From Macrostomum lignano (Eukaryota), in the NCBI GenBank assembly GCA_002269645.1, contig NIVC01002701.1, positions 62,001 to 126,000 on the forward strand: a stretch of DNA of 64,000 bases. The letters run 5' to 3'. The position numbers were made by a program, and so were the translations under genes. The notes under the pieces are model-generated. The model searched no databases. It worked only from the letters and a program-made list of their open reading frames with translations, and was not told the origin of the DNA. Shown here one piece after another: positions 55,501 to 64,000 of this stretch (its first letter is position 1; every line of letters begins with the position of its first letter).

Positions 55501-57134
55501 TGACACTGAATTAAGCGACTCTGACGTATAATGTCGCCATCTGGAGGCCCATGCCTGAGGCTCAAAGTGCAGTCTCAAAGTCTCAAATGGCCTTTCGGAC
55601 AAGGTTTCGCCCCCCTCAGAGGCATGCAGGGTGGCGGCGCCCCTCCCCTGGGGAAAGCAATTCTGTCTCTATATTTAGAGACAAAAATAGCGTCTGTTTT
55701 GCTTTTACAGCTGCAATTTTCTCTATAATCCGCTAAAAATTTCAATCGACTCAAAAGGCTTGCAGGCAAGTCGCTGTCAAGGCAGTCTGCCTCCATAAAG
55801 GAATAATAATTATTTGCTTAAAAACAGCTGCTGTGTTTACCAATTCTGGCCTCTGCAATTTCGTCGTTAGACAAAGCAGTGAGCTGAGGAATCGAGAAAA
55901 TAATAGGTTCGATAGCTTTAGCTACAGCATTTAAAAAAACTCTGCTTGACTGAACAGACTGGCAAAAAAATCTATTCAGATTTCGTATTTTCGTTGCGCT
56001 GCTTGATATAACTCTGTCGACAAAATTATTTGTTTTACTTTCGCTTAAAAACATGCGGCAGTTAAAGCAGCCGATGGCATGGGTGCTTTTCAGCCCTTTA
56101 TAGAATCACTTCGCTCTGTTCAAACTACCAACGCCAACTGGTAAAACCACCCACCCTCCTCCCCAAATGATAAAACCACCCACCCCTCACATACTGATAA
56201 AAACGCCCACCTCTCCTCCCAAACTGATAAAATTACCAACCCTCCTTTCCAATTGATAAAACCATCCACCCTCCTCCCCAAATGATACAACCTCCCACCC
56301 CTCACATACTGATAAAAACGCCCACCTCTCTTGCCCAAGTGATAAAACCACCCAACCCTCCTGCTTAAGCGATAAAACCACCCACCCCTCCTCCCCTCCT
56401 CCCAAACTGATAAAAACAACCACCCCTCCTCCCTAACTGATAAAGCCACCCCTTTCCCCACTGGAACGATCACCTACCCTCCCTCACCGATAAAAACAGC
56501 CCACTCTTTCTCCCTTCTTTGAGAGGAGAGCCACCCCCTCTAAGTTATAATAGAACCAGCCACCCCGCCTCCCCGACTAGCCCTGCAAAACCGACTATTG
56601 TGTTAACCTGGTTTCACTTTCATCCTAAACCTCTTCTCCTCTCCGTGGCTATAAAATTGCCTACAATTCTTAAAGTAGTCTGCCACCTCCTCTATAAAAC
56701 ACAAAATCACTCAATAAATTTCTGCAACTTCTCTCGTAGAATTCAAACCCATCTTAGTCGCTCACTTTCAACTGCGAGGCGCTGAGCGACAGTCCAACGC
56801 AGCGTAGTACAGTGCCCAGTTCCTCGGTAGTAATGCACCCGTCGCCATCTTTGTCGAACATTCGAAATGTCTCTTGCAGTACCTGCAGCTCGGTGGCTGA
56901 CACTAGCAACAGCTCTTCGGCTTCGTCTTCGGCCTCGGCAGCGGCGGCGGCAGCGACAGCGGGGTCAGCATTAGACGTGGAAGCTTCGTCTTGTTGAGCG
57001 TCGCTCTCGTCAGTGCCTCCGTCCAAAGCGCGCATAAGTTTTCGGTCCGACAGCATCGACGGCACCCGCTTCTCCAGTTCGTCCTCCTCAGGCGGCGGTC
57101 TTCCAGACTTTCTGGCGTTAGAGCTCGTTGCCAT
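52594..57134 (-). CDS. Calmodulin-like 4-EF-hand protein; exons 57134-56766 and 53112-52594
   Basis: EF1 [14 protein letters not shown]2 [14 protein letters not shown]3 [14 protein letters not shown]4 [12 protein letters not shown]; phase-0 GT..AG intron of about 3.65 kb; acidic N-terminal extension; the start codon is not certain. Confidence 0.88.
54475..55495. repeat. 22/23-bp minisatellite in the calmodulin-like intron
   Basis: TTAGTTTAGCGCCACCCTGTCTC with a recurring higher-order variant pattern. Confidence 0.9.
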
Positions 57135-59256
57135 CCTCAAAGAATGAAGAAGATGAAGAAGAAGAAGAAGAAGAAGAAGCGATTTCGAAGCCAAAAATTT
57201 GTGCTGCTCATTCGGACGTGCTCAGTTCAAATGGGGATCTCCCGGCCAGTCAGTGACCGGCGCTGAGGCAATGCTGGTTAGGCAGGGGTGAAAGTGCCAT
57301 CCCAGGGATTTGCACTCGGAGCTCAGTAGCTAATCAGCAGCCTGCTCACACACCCAGACTCCTTGCGCGCTCCCTAAATTCTCTTTCTCTCCCCTTCCTT
57401 ATTTCTTTTCTTTCCATTATCGAATCCCTGTTTACTACTCAGTGCAGACTTGTGCAGATAACGCCAGTGCCTACAACTTCCTATGCCCTCGCCTAAGCCG
57501 CCTGCGCTTCCCTCTGTCTCTCTATCCCCCCTCCTCTTCCTCTGTTTCTTTATTTGAACTCGTTCAGTCGAGAGCGTGACCCGCGGCTCGCTGTAACCTG
57601 TCTTACCTCAGCTCAGCCTTTGTAACGCTTATTTTTGTAACCAAGGAGCCCTTGAAACGACAATCTGTATTGCCGATGCCGACCAACTCTTAGCGCAAGG
57701 CTAAGTTTAGAAAACGGACAGTTACAAAGCTGAAACCTGAAATCCTTCAGAGCAAAGATAAGTTGGGCCATAGACAACACGCAAATTTCTGACTGAGAAA
57801 TTGCTAATTCCAATGTCTGCTGCTGTCGTTAGTAAACTGAAAGTTCACTGTATCCCTGCAAAGACGCTTTATAGAATTTAAATTCTCAGTTTTTGATAAA
57901 ACTCAATCCGAGCATTTTCCCGGCATCTCTTTAGAAAACAATCGGATTCTAAACCATTTAACTCATCGGTTAGCAATCATGCGGCCCGGAAAGCCTCTCT
58001 ATCCGGCCCTCAGGTCTTTTGAAACTTCACAATAGCTCAAGGTTTGTGTCTCTTCTCAGCTCTTTTCTTTCTGATCTCCTCTCTTCTCTCTTCTCTCCTC
58101 TCCAGATCTTATAGTGTGCAGTTTGTACATGAATGTAGGCGTTGTAAAAGTCGTTGCTGCTCCAAATTTTAGTTCGCGGTGTCCTTGGCTTGGCTTAGCA
58201 ATCACCCGCGCCCCCTTTCCCAGGCTCGCGCATGCTAATGACGCCTCCTGTCTGCACCTGGACACACGGCTGACTAATTAAATAGGCTTATCCTAATAAA
58301 AATAGTTGGAAAGCTGGGAGTTGCCTGGATATAGAAATGAATAAAAAACTCAAAGAGATCTATAACATATATAAATTTCATGGTCGTGTCGTGTAGTCTG
58401 CAATTAATTTTAATACCAGAGCATCTCATATTTAGGTAAACGGAAAATTTATTTCACCTTCTTGGGCAGAGCAGATCAACGGTAAACGCGTCTGACAGTC
58501 GCACAATCTCGAGTAATGTGATTGGAAGAAAGAAATAATTAAGAAAGGAGTTGTTACCGAAGGCTGTTGCGCCAGTGTGCTCAAAAGCCATCCTGACATA
58601 CTCAGACTATCAATATTATTTTCCTGAATCACTAGGTTTTTAACTAACATTAGAGTATTCGAATACCTTCAAGTCTAGATGCACTACTGCGTATGCTATG
58701 CGTATGCGTATGCGTATATGCGTATGCGTATATAGATATGCATGTGCTGACTAAGAGTGAAGACGCGGACACTGCGCTCCTAAGAGATTGAATCTCACTT
58801 TTGGAGACAAATTTAGCAGCTCGAAATGTACTCTGATTCTATCCTGCTTTGTTATATTTACTACTGTGCTTTGTTATATTGTTGTTTTTTCAAAACAAGC
58901 GTGTGGCTCTACTCCTGAACAGTAGTGTGTCAAGCCGTCCTATTTTTGACCATAGACTTCCAATTCAGAGTTTTGGAAGATAAGCATAAGCAGTCGCGGT
59001 TAAGAAGACTTACGTAGCTGAATCCGGGAACCCCAAAAACTGGACTCGTTAACTTGTAAAATTGGTTCGCAGCACAGCCTTGGTATAGAAAATTAGTTAA
59101 GAAATAAAGCAATAAACAACTCATCGATACAAATTACACTGCATCGGTTCCATATTGACCTAAAACTTTACTCTAGTACAGGAGAAAATTTGACAGACAA
59201 ATGTACTTCAGGGACGAGTGAATGATTTTGTGTGACAAGCAACGACAGTAAAATCT

Positions 59257-59740
59257 TCAGACACCAGTAGCCAAAGTGAAATATTCGTCTGCTGTGCCAT
59301 AGTCACAGCCTCCGCTGTTGTTCGTTGTCTTCTCTTTTTCTGACATCAGCCGCCGCTGCTGCTGCTGCAGTTGCCAGGGTGCTTTGCAAGTTGACCCGCT
59401 GCTGTCGTCCCGTCGTAGGTTGCCATCGCCGTCGCCTCCAACATCGCCACCGTGGCCTCTGTACATGCAGTTCAACAGGCTTGGCAAACTCCGGCACAAC
59501 AGTGTTTTAACTAGTAGCACCAGAACTTCGATTAGTTCGCAGAGACCAACCACCGACACGCCCAGGTACAGCCCCATTAGGCCGCCGATGTCGGATAGAA
59601 ACTGCGACAGCGGGTACTCAGCCTCTTCAATTGTGACGTCGCCGCGATTCGAGGCCGCTGTGAGAATCAGATTGCTCACCTCCAGCTTGCCACGGCGCAG
59701 CAAGGCCCGACTGTTGGTTTCTGATTTCCCTGTCACCGAT
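59257..59740 (-). CDS. DEG/ENaC (ASIC-like) sodium channel, terminal exon (TM2 and C-terminus); upstream exons lie beyond the window
   Basis: TIEEAEYPLSQFLSDIGGLMGLYLGVSVVGLCELIEVLVLL is the classic pre-TM2/TM2 motif; TGA at 59259-59257; the acceptor is either 59741/2 or 59658/9. Confidence 0.85.
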
Positions 59741-59789
59741 CTGGAATAAGAATTGGCCAATGATTAGCAATTCTGAGACAGAACTGGTT

Positions 59790-62700
59790 TTCAGCTGCAG
59801 AACAGATCCTGGTTGATGAGATCCTGGTCCCTGATCTGCAGCTGAAGCATGATGTTCCTGGTTGATGAGATCCTGGTCCCCGATCTGCAGCTGAAGCATG
59901 ATGTTCCTGGTTGATGAGATCCTGGTCCCCGATCTGCAGCTAAAGCATGATGTTCCTGGTTGATGAGATCCTGGTCCCCGATCTGCAGCTGAAGCATGAT
60001 GTTCCTGGTTGATGAGATCCTGGTCCCCGATCTGCAGCTGAAGCATGATGTTCCTGGTTGATGAGATCCTGGTCCCCGATCTGCAGCTGAAGCATGATGT
60101 TCCTGGTTGATGAGATCCTGGTCCCCGATCTGCAGCTGAAGCATGATGTTCCTGGTTGATGAGATCCTGGTCCCCGATCTGCAGCTGAAGCATGATGTTC
60201 CTGGTTGATGAGATCCTGGTCCCCGATCTGCAGCTGAAGCATGATGTTCCTGGTTGATGAGATCCTGGTCCCCGATCTGCAGCTGAAGCATGATGTTCCT
60301 GGTTGATGAGATCCTGGTCCCCGATCTGCAGCTGAAGCATGATGTTCCTGGTTGATGAGATCCTGGTCCCTGATCTGCAGCTGAAGCATGATGTTCCTGG
60401 TTGATGAGATCCTGGTCCCCGATCTGCAGCTGAAGCATGATGTTCCTGGTTGATGAGATCCTGGTCCCCGATCTGCAGCTGAAGCATGATGTTCCTGGTT
60501 GATGAGATCCTGGTCCCCGATCTGCAGCTGAAGCATGATGTTCCTGGTTGATGAGATCCTGGTCCCCGATCTGCAGCTGAAGCATGATGTTCCTGGTTGA
60601 TGAGATCCTGGTCCCCGATCTGCAGCTGAAGCATGATGTTCCTGGTTGATGAGATCCTGGTCCCCGATCTGCAGCTGAAGCATGATGTTCCTGGTTGATG
60701 AGATCCTGGTCCCTGATCTGCAGCTGAAGCATGATGTTCCTGGTTGATGAGATCCTGGTCCCCGATCTGCAGCTAAAGCATGATGTTCCTGGTTGATGAG
60801 ATCCTGGTCTCTGATCTGCAGCTGAAGCATGATGTTCCTGGTTGATGAGATCCTGGTCCCCGATCTGCAGCTGAAGCATGATGTTCCTGGTTGATGAGAT
60901 CCTGGTCCCCGATCTGCAGCTGAAGCATGATGTTCCTGGTTGATGAGATCCTGGTCCCTGATCTGCAGCTGAAGCATGATGTTCCTGGTTGATGAGATCC
61001 TGGTCCCCGATCTGCAGCTGAAGCATAATGTTCCTGGTTGATGAGATCCAGGTCCCTGATCTGCAGCTGAAGCATGATGTTCCTGGTTGATGAGATCCTG
61101 GTCCCCGATCTGCAGCTAAAGCATGATGTTCCTGGTTGATGAGATCCTGGTCCCCGATCTGCAGCTGAAGCATGATGTTCCTGGTTGATGAGATCCTGGT
61201 CCCCGATCTGCAGCTGAAGCATGATGTTCCTGGTTGATGAGATCCTGGTCCCTGATCTGCAGCTGAAGCATGATGTTCCTGGTTGATGAGATCCTGGTCC
61301 CCGATCTGCAGCTAAAGCATGATGTTCCTGGTTGATGAGATCCTGGTCTCTGATCTGCAGCTGAAGCATGATGTTCCTGGTTGATGAGATCCTGGTCCCT
61401 GATCTGCAGCTGAAGCATGATGTTCCTGGTTGATGAGATCCTGGTCCCCGATCTGCAGCTGAAGCATGATGTTCCTGGTTGATGAGATCCTGGTCCCCGA
61501 TCTGCAGCTAAAGCATGATGTTCCTGGTTGATGAGATCCTGGTCTCTGATCTGCAGCTGAAGCATGATGTTCCTGGTTGATGAGATCCTGGTCCCTGATC
61601 TGCAGCTGAAGCATGATGTTCCTGGTTGATGAGATCCTGGTCCCCGATCTGCAGCTGAAGCATGATGTTCCTGGTTGATGAGATCCTGGTCCCTGATCTG
61701 CAGCTGAAGCATGATGTTCCTGGTTGATGAGATCCTGGTCCCCGATCTGCAGCTGAAGCATGATGTTCCTGGTTGATGAGATCCTGGTCTCTGATCTGCA
61801 GCTGAAGCATGATGTTCCTGGTTGATGAGATCCTGGTCCCCGATCTGCAGCTGAAGCATGATGTTCCTGGTTGATGAGATCCTGGTCTCTGATCTGCAGC
61901 TGAAGCATGATGTTCCTGGTTGATGAGATCCTGGTCCCCGATCTGCAGCTGAAGCATGATGTTCCTGGTTGATGAGATCCTGGTCCCTGATCTGCAGCTG
62001 AAGCATGATGTTCCTGGTTGATGAGATCCTGGTCCCCGATCTGCAGCTAAAGCATGATGTTCCTGGTTGATGAGATCCTGGTCCCCGATCTGCAGCTAAA
62101 GCATGATGTTCCTGGTTGATGAGATCCTGGTCCCCGATCTGCAGCTGAAGCATGATGTTCCTGGTTGATGAGATCCTGGTCCCCGATCTGCAGCTGAAGC
62201 ATGATGTTCCTGGTTGATGAGATCCTGGTCCCCGATCTGCAGCTGAAGCATGATGTTCCTGGTTGATGAGATCCTGGTCCCCGATCTGCAGCTGAAGCAT
62301 GATGTTCCTGGTTGATGAGATCCTGGTCCCTGATCTGCAGCTGAAGCATGATGTTCCTGGTTGATGAGATCCTGGTCCCTGATCTGCAGCTGAAGCATGA
62401 TGTTCCTGGTTGATGAGATCCTGGTCCCCGATCTGCAGCTGAAGCATGATGTTCCTGGTTGATGAGATCCTGGTCCCCGATCTGCAGCTGAAGCATGATG
62501 TTCCTGGTTGATGAGATCCTGGTCCCTGATCTGCAGCTGAAGCATGATGTTCCTGGTTGATGAGATCCTGGTCCCTGATCTGCAGCTGAAGCATGATGTT
62601 CCTGGTTGATGAGATCCTGGTCTCTGATCTGCAGCTGAAGCATGATGTTCCTGGTTGATGAGATCCTGGTCCCCGATCTGCAGCTAAAGCATGATGTTCC

Positions 62701-64000
62701 TGGTTGATGAGATCCTGGTCCCCGATCTGCAGCTGAAGCATGATGTTCCTGGTTGATGAGATCCTGGTCCCCGATCTGCAGCTGAAGCATGATGTTCCTG
62801 GTTGATGAGATCCTGGTCCCCGATCTGCAGCTAAAGCATGATGTTCCTGGTTGATGAGATCCTGGTCTCTGATCTGCAGCTGAAGCATGATGTTCCTGGT
62901 TGATGAGATCCTGGTCCCCGATCTGCAGCTAAAGCATGATGTTCCTGGTTGATGAGATCCTGGTCCCCGATCTGCAGCTAAAGCATGATGTTCCTGGTTG
63001 ATGAGATCCTGGTCCCCGATCTGCAGCTGAAGCATGATGTTCCTGGTTGATGAGATCCTGGTCCCCGATCTGCAGCTGAAGCATGATGTTCCTGGTTGAT
63101 GAGATCCTGGTCCCCGATCTGCAGCTAAAGCATGATGTTCCTGGTTGATGAGATCCTGGTCCCCGATCTGCAGCTGAAGCATGATGTTCCTGGTTGATGA
63201 GATCCTGGTCCCCGATCTGCAGCTAAAGCATGATGTTCCTGGTTGATGAGATCCTGGTCCCCGATCTGCAGCTGAAGCATGATGTTCCTGGTTGATGAGA
63301 TCCTGGTCCCCGATCTGCAGCTGAAGCATGATGTTCCTGGTTGATGAGATCCTGGTCCCTGATCTGCAGCTGAAGCATGATGTTCCTGGTTGATGAGATC
63401 CTGGTCCCTGATCTGCAGCTGAAGCATGATGTTCCTGGTTGATGAGATCCTGGTCTCTGATCTGCAGCTGAAGCATGATGTTCCTGGTTGATGAGATCCT
63501 GGTCCCCGATCTGCAGCTAAAGCATGATGTTCCTGGTTGATGAGATCCTGGTCCCCGATCTGCAGCTGAAGCATGATGTTCCTGGTTGATGAGATCCTGG
63601 TCCCCGATCTGCAGCTGAAGCATGATGTTCCTGGTTGATGAGATCCTGGTCCCCGATCTGCAGCTAAAGCATGATGTTCCTGGTTGATGAGATCCTGGTC
63701 TCTGATCTGCAGCTGAAGCATGATGTTCCTGGTTGATGAGATCCTGGTCCCCGATCTGCAGCTAAAGCATGATGTTCCTGGTTGATGAGATCCTGGTCCC
63801 CGATCTGCAGCTAAAGCATGATGTTCCTGGTTGATGAGATCCTGGTCCCCGATCTGCAGCTGAAGCATGATGTTCCTGGTTGATGAGATCCTGGTCCCCG
63901 ATCTGCAGCTGAAGCATGATGTTCCTGGTTGATGAGATCCTGGTCCCCGATCTGCAGCTAAAGCATGATGTTCCTGGTTGATGAGATCCTGGTCCCCGAT
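59790..64000. repeat. 49-bp satellite (at least 85 copies, runs off the window), intronic to the DEG/ENaC gene
   Basis: CTGCAGCTGAAGCATGATGTTCCTGGTTGATGAGATCCTGGTCCCCGAT; its 147-bp trimer produces the repetitive 49-aa ORFs. Confidence 0.96.

Noticed and set aside
59627-63868. Many long minus-strand ORFs repeating MLQLQIGDQDLINQEHH
   Set aside because: Translation of a 49-bp satellite cycling through three frames; stops fall wherever one variant base occurs

Overview
Eukaryotic (metazoan invertebrate) genomic DNA with spliceosomal introns and a very high density of intronic minisatellites. This style resembles a free-living flatworm such as Macrostomum, which is an inference and not shown by the sequence. 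Genes I can reconstruct by hand: a 9-exon coiled-coil MTUS/CCDC69-like gene (223-6019, +), a 2-exon divergent homeobox gene (-), an intronless STYXL1/MK-STYX pseudophosphatase (+), a 3-exon N-acylated globin (33723-18415, -), a 1283-aa low-complexity orphan ORF (+), a 2-exon orphan (+), a 4-EF-hand calmodulin-like gene with a long basic linker (-), and the last exon of a DEG/ENaC channel (-). Mobile elements: a young full-length Ty3/Gypsy LTR retrotransposon (18808-29461, -, inside globin intron 2), a hAT-type MITE with an 8-bp TSD, a THAP/P-element-like transposon with 80-bp TIRs and an 8-bp TSD, a Tc1 fragment and a CORE-SINE-like fragment. Two observations stand out. (1) Both LTRs carry two extra tandem copies of the LTR end plus a tRNA-Leu primer-binding site, so three att+PBS modules lie in series. 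(2) Several intronic minisatellites are built from splice-site motifs and sit directly against real exon boundaries.
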